DNA of 64,000 bases from Candidatus Gastranaerophilales bacterium. GTDB taxonomy: Bacteria > Cyanobacteriota > Vampirovibrionia > Gastranaerophilales > Gastranaerophilaceae. The DNA lies in the NCBI GenBank assembly GCA_944325025.1, contig CALUYN010000005.1, positions 14,478-78,477 of the forward strand. The letters are read 5' to 3'. Below are positions 7,501-16,445 of this stretch, one piece after another. The notes under the pieces are model-generated. The model made no database searches and was not told the DNA's origin. It saw nothing but the letters and a program-made list of their open reading frames with translations. The translations under genes and the position numbers were made by a program. Position 1 is the first letter of the stretch. The number at the start of each line of letters is the position of its first letter.

Positions 7501-8077
7501 TGATTAAATCGGGGTTAGTTCTTTTTTGATCTTCAAGCCCGTGATCCTGAAGTTCAATATAATAATCATCTCCAAACAAATCTTTATAGCGTTTTGCAAC
7601 AGCTTTTGCTTCTTCATAATCTCCCTTTAAAAGGTTTTGAAGAACTTCTCCGCCTAAACAGGCTGAACAGCATATAATTCCTTCATGATGTTCTTTCAAA
7701 AGCTCAAAATTTATTCTCGGCTTCATGTAAAAACCTTTGCATGCAGCATCAGATGCAAGCTTTACAAGATTCATGTAGCCTTCGTTATTTTTTGCAAGAA
7801 GTATTAAGTGATAGCGCGGATTGTTGTTCGGGTCGTGTTCTGAGATATCTCCGTTATGAACGTAGAATTCGCAGCCAATTATAGGTTTAATCCCCGCTTC
7901 TTTTGCTTCAAGATACAAATCCAATGCACCGTACATAACACCGTGATCTGTTATTGCAACAGCAGGCATGTTGTGTTCTTTTGCAAATTCACAAAGGTCT
8001 TTTAATTTTATTGCTCCGTCAAGCAGTGAGAATTCACTGTGAAGGTGCAGCGGTACAAATTGCGTATCTTTATCCAT
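4592..8077 (-). CDS. dnaE: DNA polymerase III alpha subunit
   Basis: PHP domain (HLHSEFSLLDG, TDHG, TNDSHY), GPGRGSAAGS, ERFLNPER, PDIDTDF, C-terminal OB fold. Confidence 0.97.
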   Translation of the reverse strand: MDKDTQFVPLHLHSEFSLLDGAIKLKDLCEFAKEHNMPAVAITDHGVMYGALDLYLEAKEAGIKPIIGCEFYVHNGDISEHDPNNNPRYHLILLAKNNEGYMNLVKLASDAACKGFYMKPRINFELLKEHHEGIICCSACLGGEVLQNLLKGDYEEAKAVAKRYKDLFGDDYYIELQDHGLEDQKRTNPDLIKIAKELGIKMIITNDSHYLRKEDADWHDTLLCMQTQSMKDEENRFHFPNNEFYVKTVSEMRDAFKWMDSETFDECIKNTVDIAEQCHVTIKWEAPLPDFPVPPNHTTDSYLEELVQQGLKRKYGEENITPELKERVQYELSIIEKMGFSAYFLITWDFIHYAKTHDIPVGPGRGSAAGSVVAYALDITDLDPIRHHLLFERFLNPERFSMPDIDTDFCIEKRGEVIDYVVKKYGEDKVCQIITFNTLAARNAFKSVARVFGMEYAKSNRTASLIEDTIEGSMIEGSELKNLYDTDPEIKRVIDTAKCVEGIKCGIGMHAAGVIISYKPLDQIVPVQPSKDGIIITQYHREILEKMKLLKMDFLGLRNLTMIHKTVKLVKRCQGIDVDINHIPLDDKPTYDMLVRGETVGVFQLESSGMTSLVKKLKPDVFEDLGALVALFRPGPLGSGMVDDFVERKHGRQAITYAHPRLEPILKDTYGTMVYQEQIMQIFQVMADYSLGQADQVRRMMGHKDPVAMAAQKGKLVEGSAKYGMKKEEAEDLFEKIENFAQYCFNRAHSSAYAFVAYQTAYLKCHYPVEYLSALLSSVAGDQDKTQAYIEEALKYGIKVLPPDINKSYLEYAPDGHNIRFGLASIKQVGEGVIEEIIKEREENGEYKSIYDYIKRLDTKCSNKKTLEGLIKAGAFASIEKSRKQLWNNIEYITATASKESKAKESGQGSLFDMLGDTAEIDDAKFQLAGSDEEYDARTIQNFEKEFLGFYVTSHPLSTIRDKLPFLMTHKISEIHELPNDKVVTICGLVTTMRQIPTKKDPTKFIRFLTIEDLSGKIEVVAFNGKIAEYGDYLQSEQRVIISGKVNRRSDDEPPSIIVETVKTVDNSNIFTITLTDEFKFEEVVLLKNILCQHSGSDPVMFKLKDFDDDVKILTASIFWVESTNDLVNQLKKQFNDRLDIDVRSLDTNEQAEEELETASA

Positions 8078-8130
8078 GATTTAAATTTTATCACAGTTAA
8101 ATTTTAAAATGGTTGAATGTTAAAGAATAT

Positions 8131-9057
8131 TTATTCGTAATTTTCAAGAGTTTTGTTTATTCTTTCAATCATTTCTTCTTTTAAAAATTTCGGAGAAATT
8201 ATTGTGCACTGTGTGCCGTATCTCATCAGTCTGTGCAGTAAAAGGTTGAGATCTTCGTTTTTGTTAACAATAACCTGGCTTCCGTCATATTCAATTTTAT
8301 CTAATCTTTCCCAATCCCTGATTTTATAATTTTTTGCGAGTCTGTTTTTTATTCTGTATACGACAGTTGTGGGTATTGCTTGTGTTGATGATGAGATAGG
8401 AAGTTGTTTTATTGATTTTATATTATCGGTTGGAATATCATAGACTCTTGAACCGTTATTCCCAAGAACTTTAAGACAATGTTTTCTTTTTTCATAAATT
8501 TGTTCAATAGGAGAACAAAGTAAATTTATTTCTCCTCCTTTATCATCAGTATAAATAATTTCTAATTTTTGTTTGTCTTTACATAATTTTGCACAGTATT
8601 TTAATTGATCTGTAATTTCTGAATTTGAAAATTCCAAATCAAGATTTTGAGTGCTGTTTTCAACACGGCAAATATTTTGTGCAGAGTCGTCAAAGCGAAT
8701 TTCAAGAGCCCTGATAAAATCTTCAAAATTCGTTTTGTTTTTGCCTTCCGGCAAAATATCTCCTGCCTGTTTTAGAAGTTTGATACTTTTTAAATCGTCT
8801 ATATCAAATTTTATTTTGTAAGGCGAAGAAAGCATTTTATATTTATGATTTATTTTTTTTACTTTAATGCCAAAGATTTTCATAGCATTAAGGTATTTGT
8901 TTAATGTTACATGGGTATTTGATTTCCCATTATATTCACCATCTGAAAAATGATTTATTACCTTTTTAAATTCCACATCGCCTTCGTAGAGCATTTTTAT
9001 GAATTCAAAAAGTTTTATACAGGAATCATTGTATTTTGCAGTTAATTTTTTAGTCAC
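8131..9057 (-). CDS. HTH-WYL-WCX transcriptional regulator (PafC/PafB-like), divergent
   Basis: C-terminal LLHRLMRYGTQCTIISPKFLKEEM resembles a WCX domain; WYL-like IIY...P...DNIKSI segment; GTG start overlaps the upstream stop. Confidence 0.75.
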   Translation of the reverse strand: MTKKLTAKYNDSCIKLFEFIKMLYEGDVEFKKVINHFSDGEYNGKSNTHVTLNKYLNAMKIFGIKVKKINHKYKMLSSPYKIKFDIDDLKSIKLLKQAGDILPEGKNKTNFEDFIRALEIRFDDSAQNICRVENSTQNLDLEFSNSEITDQLKYCAKLCKDKQKLEIIYTDDKGGEINLLCSPIEQIYEKRKHCLKVLGNNGSRVYDIPTDNIKSIKQLPISSSTQAIPTTVVYRIKNRLAKNYKIRDWERLDKIEYDGSQVIVNKNEDLNLLLHRLMRYGTQCTIISPKFLKEEMIERINKTLENYE

Positions 9058-9994
9058 AATAATACCCCGCTTTCATATCTTTCAAAAGTTCTACAAATTT
9101 GTTTTTAAATTCGTCAGGGTGAATAATTTTGCACAAAGGCCCGTATTCTAAAAGTCTTTGTCTTAATAAAAATTCGTTTGAAGTTGTCACTTCTATAACT
9201 GTTTTATTCTTGTTTTGTTCTATGATTTTTTCATTATCATTAAGTTCTATCTTATCAGGAGGGCATTTTAGTTCATATATAACCCTTATAACCTGAAGAT
9301 CATCAGGAATAGTTTTTTGAAGTTTAATTTCTTTAATCTGATTAATTCTGTTTACAAGAAAACTTCCATATTGTTTATACTCAAACCCTATTCCATAAAG
9401 GTATATTTTATTGTTTGAAATATCTATTTTGTCAGCAATAATTTCAATGTCTTTTTTCCCTGTATTTGGAGAACTGTAATTTATAACAATCTGTTGTTTT
9501 TTATCACAGCAATCAAGTAAATCCTTTAAAAGTTCTTTATCAATATCACGCAGCATAGAAATTTTTTTCATATCGCTTATGAATTGATTATTTTTTATGT
9601 AGGAGCCAATTTTTTCAAAAAAGTTGTCCATCGCAAGTAATTCTGTAACATCCATATTTTTTACAATGCTTTTATATACCTTGACTATGCTCTGAATCTG
9701 TTCTGGAGATAATTTGAGTTCGAAGGGATGAGATAGAATAACATATCGCGAAATTGAATCTTCTCCTCTTATTCTTTTTACTTCACAGCCTATTCTTTTT
9801 AAAGAATTTATGTAAACTCTCACTGTGTCAATTGAAATTTTTTCTCTTAAATATGGATGGTTAAGAAAGTAGCTGCAAATTTCGTCATATGATTTTGGCC
9901 CCTCTGCAAGCAGTGAAAATAATACAAGAGCTTTATAGCCTGTAAAAGACATTAAATTATACGTAACTTTTTGATTCTTTAAAAATTCTTTCAT
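9050..9994 (-). CDS. HTH-WYL-WCX transcriptional regulator (PafB/PafC-like)
   Basis: N-terminal HTH-like ISIDTVRVYINSLKRIG, WYL-like KIYLYG...FLVNRI, WCX-like RLLEYGPLCKIIHPDEFK; likely start MKEFLK at 9994. Confidence 0.8.
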   Translation of the reverse strand: MKEFLKNQKVTYNLMSFTGYKALVLFSLLAEGPKSYDEICSYFLNHPYLREKISIDTVRVYINSLKRIGCEVKRIRGEDSISRYVILSHPFELKLSPEQIQSIVKVYKSIVKNMDVTELLAMDNFFEKIGSYIKNNQFISDMKKISMLRDIDKELLKDLLDCCDKKQQIVINYSSPNTGKKDIEIIADKIDISNNKIYLYGIGFEYKQYGSFLVNRINQIKEIKLQKTIPDDLQVIRVIYELKCPPDKIELNDNEKIIEQNKNKTVIEVTTSNEFLLRQRLLEYGPLCKIIHPDEFKNKFVELLKDMKAGYYCD

Positions 9995-10200
9995 TATATT
10001 TCCCCACTTTATTATACTATAAATCTGCGGGCATGTACAAGCGGCATGCTTTCTGCTATAAATTTTTGTTGTCAAATATTTTTTCCAATTTTTTTACGTA
10101 ATTTCATTAAATTTTCTTCATTAAGATTTAAGAACTTGAATTTTTTATTGATTTTATTAGGGGCATGGTCAATTGTAAATTTTATTTTATTTTTCTTTAC

Positions 10201-10229
10201 TTGTCAAATTTGTTACTTAGTTTTACATT
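10201..10229 (+). promoter_or_regulatory. Putative sigma70 promoter
   Basis: TTGTCA-17 bp-TACATT. Confidence 0.4.
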
Positions 10230-10463
10230 AAAACGTATAGACAAACCGGTCAATTCACCCCGTATCAGAGTGATAACAAGAGTTGCCGGAGGGATAGTAA
10301 GATATTGAGTAAGAAAAAGAGGTGATGGCTTAAATCCTTGAGAGGAAGATGATAAAAGATAAGAAGTGTACAGAAAAAGTGCAGTATGATTAGGGATTTT
10401 TTTTATTTTAGGAGATTAAAAAAATTTTTAAGGGGATAGGAGGATAGTTGTATTTTCAAAGAT

Positions 10464-10490
10464 AAGCTTGCCTAATCGCAAGCTTTTTTA
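10464..10490 (+). terminator. Intrinsic terminator upstream of anmK
   Basis: AAGCTTGC-CTAATC-GCAAGCTT followed by TTTT. Confidence 0.6.
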
Positions 10491-10503
10491 TATTATATAA
10501 ATT

Positions 10504-11637
10504 ATGGCTGAAGAGTTGGAAACAAAACTAGTTATCGGGTTAATGTCCGGAACATCCTGCGATAGTATTGACGCGGGGTTGTGTGAAGTGCATCCTGACA
10601 TGTCTGTAAAGCTGATATCAGGTATTAATTACAAATATCCAGAGCAGGTCAGAGCAAAAATTTTTCAGCTTTTTTCAGGAAATGTATCAGTTAAAGATAT
10701 ATGCCAGATGAATTTTGTCATAGGTCATTGTTTTGCTGACGCCTGTAAAGTATTGATTGAAGAACATGGAAAACCTGATTTTATAGCAAGCCATGGCCAG
10801 ACAATTTTTCATTTCCCTGTTGATGAAAAGTTAGATAAAATTTCTTTAAAAAGTACTTTACAAATAGGGGAAAGTGCTGTTATAGCAATAGAAACAGGAT
10901 GTCTTACTATATCAAATTTCAGGGAAGCTGACATGGCGGCAGGCGGAGAAGGCGCGCCTTTAGTTTGTTTTGCTGACGAAAAGTGGTTTAAGCCTTTAAA
11001 GAAAAATATTCTTGTGCAAAATATTGGCGGCATTTCTAATGTTACCGTAATATCTAATGATTACCCTACATTCGGCTTTGATACTGGACTTGGAAATATA
11101 ATGATAGATTATTGTACAAATAAATATTTCAAACTTCCTTATGATAAAGACGGAAAAATTGCAGATTCCGGGAAAGTTTCACAAAGTTGGCTAGAGTGCT
11201 TATTGCAGGATGAATACTATTTTAAAAATCCTCCAAAAACGACCGGCCGTGAATATTTTTCTTCTGAATATATTGAAAATGCTCTGCGTTTTGCACCTAA
11301 AAAGCCTGAAGATATAATTGCAACGGTTACGGCATTGACTGCAAAATCTATAACAACTGCTTATGAACGTTTTATCTATCCTGATATTGATGTAAAAGAA
11401 GTAATCATTGGAGGCGGAGGTGCTTATAACCCTGTATTAATGAAATACTTACGTCATTATCTGCCCAAGCATATTGATTTAAAAACACATGAAGCTTATG
11501 GTATATCTAATAATTTTAAAGAAGTTATGGCATTTGCGCTTTTAGGTTACTGCACATATTATAATATTCCTAATAACCTGCCTTCATGTACCGGCGCAGA
11601 TAAAAAAGTTGTTTTAGGTAAATTGGCTAATTGTTAA
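10504..11637 (+). CDS. anmK: Anhydro-N-acetylmuramic acid kinase
   Basis: IGLMSGTSCDSID, SHGQTIFH, DMAAGGEGAPL, NIGGISN, FDTGLGN, KTTGREYF, GGGAYN motifs. Confidence 0.95.
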   Translation: MAEELETKLVIGLMSGTSCDSIDAGLCEVHPDMSVKLISGINYKYPEQVRAKIFQLFSGNVSVKDICQMNFVIGHCFADACKVLIEEHGKPDFIASHGQTIFHFPVDEKLDKISLKSTLQIGESAVIAIETGCLTISNFREADMAAGGEGAPLVCFADEKWFKPLKKNILVQNIGGISNVTVISNDYPTFGFDTGLGNIMIDYCTNKYFKLPYDKDGKIADSGKVSQSWLECLLQDEYYFKNPPKTTGREYFSSEYIENALRFAPKKPEDIIATVTALTAKSITTAYERFIYPDIDVKEVIIGGGGAYNPVLMKYLRHYLPKHIDLKTHEAYGISNNFKEVMAFALLGYCTYYNIPNNLPSCTGADKKVVLGKLANC

Positions 11638-11774
11638 TAATTTTTTTCTGATTATTATTATAACAATATTAATTATTGTAAACATTATTTGTATCAGGTG
11701 GCAATTTATATTCTTTAGGAGTATTAATAATGAGTGTAAATGTTACCCTAATATGAAAACAAAAAGGAGAAATT

Positions 11775-11999
11775 ATGATTAATAAAGTAGCATTATCTTC
11801 ATTTGAAACATTAGCAAAATCTGGTGCTAAAATGCCTGAATACGTAAGAGCTTCTTCAATTTTGCCTAAATTACCCGAAACTAATGCGGCAAAAGCTGCT
11901 GTTGCAAAAGCTGAATATTCAAGTCCGTTTGCACCGATTATTGATAAAATGCCAAAAAATGAAATGCCTAAAATTACATACTTAGATATTTTTGGTTAA
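11775..11999 (+). CDS. Small hypothetical protein (74 aa)
   Basis: Strong SD AAGGAG upstream of ATG; codon usage plausible; converges on the nnrD-like gene. Confidence 0.65.
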   Translation: MINKVALSSFETLAKSGAKMPEYVRASSILPKLPETNAAKAAVAKAEYSSPFAPIIDKMPKNEMPKITYLDIFG

Positions 12000-12806
12000 T
12001 AAATATTGTTTTATAGCATAAGGAATGTACCTGACTGTATCAGAAGCAAGAACACCGTAAGCAGTCAGGTCTTCTTTTGCTAAATCTCCTGCAAGCCCGT
12101 GTAAATATACCCCGAGAACCGCAGCATCAAAAATATTCATTTTTTGAGCAAGAAGACCTGCAAGCATACCCGCAAGAACATCTCCGCTTCCGGCTTTTGC
12201 AAGAGCACTGTTTCCTGTCGAGTTATGATAAATTTTGTCTTTATTTGAGGTTACAATTGTTTTGTGTGATTTTAATACAGTTACACAATTGAACTTTTTT
12301 GATATTTCTTTTGCAGAATTTTCAAAATTTTCAAGAATTTCTTGCAGCGAACAGTTTAACAGTCTTGAGGCTTCTTTAGGGTGAGGGGTTAATATTACAT
12401 TCCCGTCAAATGATAAATTTAATTCAGATAAAATATTCAATCCGTCCGCATCTATGACTGTTGGAATATTGCCTCGCCGCTCAATTGTATTCGAGAATAT
12501 ATTTTTTGCTTCATCTGATGTGGAAAGCCCGCAGCCTATGAGCAATATTGTTGCTTGTTTTAATAGTTCTGGAATTTTTTCTATTGGAGAAAGCACTATT
12601 TCCGGAGTATAAGATGCCGCAGCTTTGAGTGCTTCTTTGCATGAGGCAAGCTCAACATAACCGGCACCTGTTTTAAGGGCTGATACGCAGGAAAGATATG
12701 CAGCACCTGTCATATATTTAGAACCTGAAACATTTAGAATTTTACCGAATGTTCCTTTATTTGAATTTTCCGGCCTTTCAGGCATTTTTGGCAGTTTATA
12801 GTCCAT
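11982..12806 (-). CDS. nnrD: ADP/ATP-dependent NAD(P)H-hydrate dehydratase (stand-alone domain)
   Basis: NKGTFGK, GAAYL, VIDADGL, ILTPHPKEASRL, LAKAGSGDVLAG motifs. Confidence 0.9.
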   Translation of the reverse strand: MDYKLPKMPERPENSNKGTFGKILNVSGSKYMTGAAYLSCVSALKTGAGYVELASCKEALKAAASYTPEIVLSPIEKIPELLKQATILLIGCGLSTSDEAKNIFSNTIERRGNIPTVIDADGLNILSELNLSFDGNVILTPHPKEASRLLNCSLQEILENFENSAKEISKKFNCVTVLKSHKTIVTSNKDKIYHNSTGNSALAKAGSGDVLAGMLAGLLAQKMNIFDAAVLGVYLHGLAGDLAKEDLTAYGVLASDTVRYIPYAIKQYLLTKNI

Positions 12807-13245
12807 TTTGTCTAATTACCTCATAAGCAACAATTGCAACAGAGTTTGAAAGATTTAAACTTCTTTGCCCTTCTTTCATCGGAATTGTCAGAGCATTTTT
12901 GTCTTTTACGTAAATCTCCGGCAGTCCTCTTGTTTCCGGCCCGAATACTATAAAATCTCCATCTTTAAATTTTATATCTGTGTATAATCTTTTAGTTTTA
13001 GTTGTCAGATAATAAAAATTAGCATCTTTATTTGCGTCTAGCAATTCTTCCATTGTATCAATTTTGTGGATATCTACACTGTCCCAGTAGTCTAATCCTG
13101 CTCTTTTTGTATATTTGCTAGAAAGTGAAAACCCGAGTTTCCCTACAAGATAAAGGCTTGCTCCTGTGCAGGCGCAAAGTCTTGCGATATTGCCGGTGTT
13201 TTGCGGAATTTCTGGCTCGTATAAAACTATATTAAGTTTAGCCAT
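12796..13245 (-). CDS. trmL: tRNA (cytidine/uridine-34-2'-O)-methyltransferase, SPOUT family
   Basis: IVLYEPEIPQNTGNIARLC, RAGLDYW, FGPETRGLP, RSLNLSNSVAI. Confidence 0.93.
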   Translation of the reverse strand: MAKLNIVLYEPEIPQNTGNIARLCACTGASLYLVGKLGFSLSSKYTKRAGLDYWDSVDIHKIDTMEELLDANKDANFYYLTTKTKRLYTDIKFKDGDFIVFGPETRGLPEIYVKDKNALTIPMKEGQRSLNLSNSVAIVAYEVIRQNGL

Positions 13246-13246
13246 T

Positions 13247-13867
13247 TTATTTATCCTTATTAAATAATTTCGGGCTTTCAACAATTACAGGAATTGCTCT
13301 GACAACGCAGAAAATAATTGCAGCCCAGGCAAAAATCATGGTAACTAAATGCAGGGTTGGTGTGCCTTCCCACAATTCCATTCCCGGAGTATTTACAGCT
13401 ATTAAAAGTAAGAATGCCAGAACTTTTGCAACAGCATAACTTATTCTCATAAATTTTGAGGCACATATAAATTTCCCCCACGAAGTTGACTGCATGGATT
13501 TGTCCCCGAAAGCTGTCATTCCTTGAGAAAGTGCAACACTTCTTATGCCGTCTGTTGTAAATGCTCTTGCAACGCATACAAGCGGAAATAAAATATTTAT
13601 CCACCCCATTACAGCAAATACAGTCCAGTATGAAACTTCAACAATTCTGTCGCCCAGTATGTCTAAAACTGACCCCCATTCTGATGACTGGTTAAGTTTT
13701 CTTGCAAGATATCCGTCAAGCCCGTCCATAGAAAATGCAATTATAGTTAGAATGAATGCAATTAAGTATGCCCAGGTCGTTTGTTCATACAGAAGTGCTA
13801 TTGCAGCATATGCGACAAAAATTCTTGATATTGAAACGATATTTGCAAGATTATTTTTTATATTCAT
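13247..13867 (-). CDS. CDP-alcohol phosphatidyltransferase (PgsA-like)
   Basis: DGLDGYLARKLNQSSEWGSVLDILGDR signature. Confidence 0.88.
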   Translation of the reverse strand: MNIKNNLANIVSISRIFVAYAAIALLYEQTTWAYLIAFILTIIAFSMDGLDGYLARKLNQSSEWGSVLDILGDRIVEVSYWTVFAVMGWINILFPLVCVARAFTTDGIRSVALSQGMTAFGDKSMQSTSWGKFICASKFMRISYAVAKVLAFLLLIAVNTPGMELWEGTPTLHLVTMIFAWAAIIFCVVRAIPVIVESPKLFNKDK

Positions 13868-13914
13868 TGATGCCTCTCTTATTTTGTTATCCGAATTAAT
13901 TTTTGAACTTTTAA

Positions 13915-14913
13915 TTATTTTTTAGTTCTTGATAATGCAAAATTAACTTCATCAAGCTTTTTCACTTTATCGCCTAACATAATTTTTTCTGCTTCTTCAA
14001 GGATTTGAGTTACCATACAGCCGTTGTCGCCATCCGAACGGGCTTTTTTGCCTGTTGAACAACAGCTTATAAAGTGCTGGCATTCAAGTTTAAGCGGTTC
14101 AATTTCCAAATAATCAAGTTTAATATTTTGGGTGTTATCTTTTACAAAATTGTCGAAAATAACAAGTTTGTTTTCAGCAACAGTGTCATCTAAAATCGCA
14201 GTTGCTTTTGTACCCCTGACAAGAAGCTGAACATGTTTTCTCGGAGTAATCCAACTATCTGAGATGTGTCCTATTACACCGTCTTCAAACTGGATGCCAA
14301 TATGTGTGATATCCATAATTTCGTTCTGGTCAGACGAGCAGCCCAGTGCTGAAATTACATGAACCGGAGCTTTACCTGTTACGTAACTTATCATAGAAAC
14401 GTCATGAGGCGCTAAATCCCACATAACGCTTCTGTCATTTTTGAAGTAGTTTACATTTAGTCTGTCGCTTTGAGCATAAATTATTTTACCTAACGCTCCG
14501 TCTTCAATAAGCATTTTTAATCTGTTAACCGCAGGATGATAAAGAAGCAGGTGCCCTACCATAAGTACAAGCCCTTTGTCATGTGCAAGCTGTGTCAAGT
14601 CGCGGGCTTCTGCAGCAACTGTTGAAATCGGCTTTTCTACATAAACATTTTTGCCTGCTTCAAGCATTGCTTTAACCATTTTGTAATGTGTGTGGCTGGG
14701 AGTTACTACACATACGCCTGTAATTTCTTTGTTATTAATTATTTCATGAAAATCTTTTGTAACTTTTACTCCCGGATATTGTTCGGTTACTTTTTTCAAG
14801 TTTTCTTCATCAATGTCGCATACGGTATCTAAAACATTCAGATTATAAAAATTCCGAACTATATTTCTTCCCCATACACCGCAGCCAATTACTGCAACTT
14901 TTTGTTCACTCAT
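13915..14913 (-). CDS. Gfo/Idh/MocA family oxidoreductase
   Basis: GCGVWG Rossmann motif, VEKP, DLAPHD. Confidence 0.9.
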   Translation of the reverse strand: MSEQKVAVIGCGVWGRNIVRNFYNLNVLDTVCDIDEENLKKVTEQYPGVKVTKDFHEIINNKEITGVCVVTPSHTHYKMVKAMLEAGKNVYVEKPISTVAAEARDLTQLAHDKGLVLMVGHLLLYHPAVNRLKMLIEDGALGKIIYAQSDRLNVNYFKNDRSVMWDLAPHDVSMISYVTGKAPVHVISALGCSSDQNEIMDITHIGIQFEDGVIGHISDSWITPRKHVQLLVRGTKATAILDDTVAENKLVIFDNFVKDNTQNIKLDYLEIEPLKLECQHFISCCSTGKKARSDGDNGCMVTQILEEAEKIMLGDKVKKLDEVNFALSRTKK

Positions 14914-15000
14914 TTTTAATTCCCTAATTCTTATCTAATACTAATAATATCATACGACACAAAGATTAATTTGCAAATAATTAAATAAGTTTTACAAAAT

Positions 15001-15867
15001 TTATTGCTGTGCCTGCTGTGCATTTTGCGCCGCCTGAACTCTTAACTGGTGCATCTGCTCGCATCTTTCAAAGAAAAGCTCTTTATCTTCCGGCGGGAAA
15101 AATGCGGACAGTTTTTCAAGCAGCGGCTGCGGAAATTCCGATAATGTTGACATTTTGGTTAATATATCTTCATTTAGAGGGTACATTGTTCTGTAATTCT
15201 TGTTAAAAATAGCTCTAGTTTCTGCGATAGTTCTTTGTTGGTTTTGTTGAACTTTTTCTCCTAATTTGTAAGTAACATAATTAGTATCAAAATATACAGG
15301 GTTATATTTTTTTAGAATTATTCTTATTATAAGGTCATAGTCTGCAAGTAACTTGAATTTTTCATCAAAATATCCTTCTTTTTCAATCATTGATTTTTTA
15401 AAGAACATAGCCTGCCGTGCGCATGGCAGAACCTGAAAAACTGTGTGCATTGCGGGAGCAAATAGAAATACAAAACCTTCAGGATGCCTGCAATAAGCAG
15501 GAGCAAATGAAAAATCTGCATTATTTGCTTCCATAAGGTTTACTATATCGTAAATTGACGTTATATCATGAATAAAATCATCACAGCTTAAAAAAGTTAC
15601 ATATTTACCTTTAGCACGCATAACCCCTTTGTTATATGCTTCAAATTTTCCGGTATCCCTTTCTGAATAAAAGTTAAAAAATCCTAAATTTTTATAGCTT
15701 TTTAGAATTTCTATAGTTCCATCGTTTGACATATTATCAATTACAAGATGTTCAATATTGGGATAAGTTTGCAGATCAATCAACTTAACAAGCAGGTTAA
15801 AGTCGTCTGCAAGATTATTTTGAATTAAATTGTGGGTTGGTGTTATAATCGTAACAAAAGGTTCCAT
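15001..15867 (-). CDS. Glycosyltransferase family 2
   Basis: TIITPT, VIDNMSNDGT, AYNKG, FLSCDD. Confidence 0.85.
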   Translation of the reverse strand: MEPFVTIITPTHNLIQNNLADDFNLLVKLIDLQTYPNIEHLVIDNMSNDGTIEILKSYKNLGFFNFYSERDTGKFEAYNKGVMRAKGKYVTFLSCDDFIHDITSIYDIVNLMEANNADFSFAPAYCRHPEGFVFLFAPAMHTVFQVLPCARQAMFFKKSMIEKEGYFDEKFKLLADYDLIIRIILKKYNPVYFDTNYVTYKLGEKVQQNQQRTIAETRAIFNKNYRTMYPLNEDILTKMSTLSEFPQPLLEKLSAFFPPEDKELFFERCEQMHQLRVQAAQNAQQAQQ

Positions 15868-16025
15868 TTATTTACTCCTATTCTTCTGTAAGAATAGCAT
15901 ATTTCCTCTGGTTTTGCGAATTGTTACGAGATGTAAATTCTGCTGCTAAAATATAACAAAAATGTTTAACTTCGAGTAAAAATGTATACGGTTGAGTGTT
16001 TATTAAAGAATATTAGGAGGTAATT

Positions 16026-16445
16026 ATGAGTCAGAGTACTACGGTTACGCCTTTTGAAGTTGGTGTTATGTCAGCAGCTGTCGGTGCGGGGGTCGGTTAT
16101 GCTCTTGCTCCGAGAAAGTACAATCTTGAGCAATTATTGACAATTGAGCCTGATGTTTTTGAAAAATCATTGCCGCAGAAAAATTTAGTTAAAGCAACAG
16201 ATGCTCAAAAGATTGCGCATAACACAATTGTGGATGCAAGAAATGCGATTATTAAGGCGGCTAAAAAAAATGCAGCAGAAGAAAAGCTTGTAGAATTATT
16301 AAAATCTCCGGATTTAGATGCGGCATATAAATCAATTAAAGGCTTTTTACCAAAAGCCCGTGCACAATCAGCTGTAGTTTTAGCTGTAATAGGCGGAGCA
16401 ATTGGCACTATTGCAAAAATGATTTATAACCAGAAAAACGCTTAG
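16026..16445 (+). CDS. Hypothetical protein with two Gly/Ala-rich hydrophobic segments
   Basis: SD AGGAGG upstream; 139 aa. Confidence 0.75.
   Translation: MSQSTTVTPFEVGVMSAAVGAGVGYALAPRKYNLEQLLTIEPDVFEKSLPQKNLVKATDAQKIAHNTIVDARNAIIKAAKKNAAEEKLVELLKSPDLDAAYKSIKGFLPKARAQSAVVLAVIGGAIGTIAKMIYNQKNA

Noticed and set aside
9995-10075. Extended TTG start of the upstream WYL gene
   Set aside because: ATG at 9994 has a better SD-like site and is followed directly by the HTH region.
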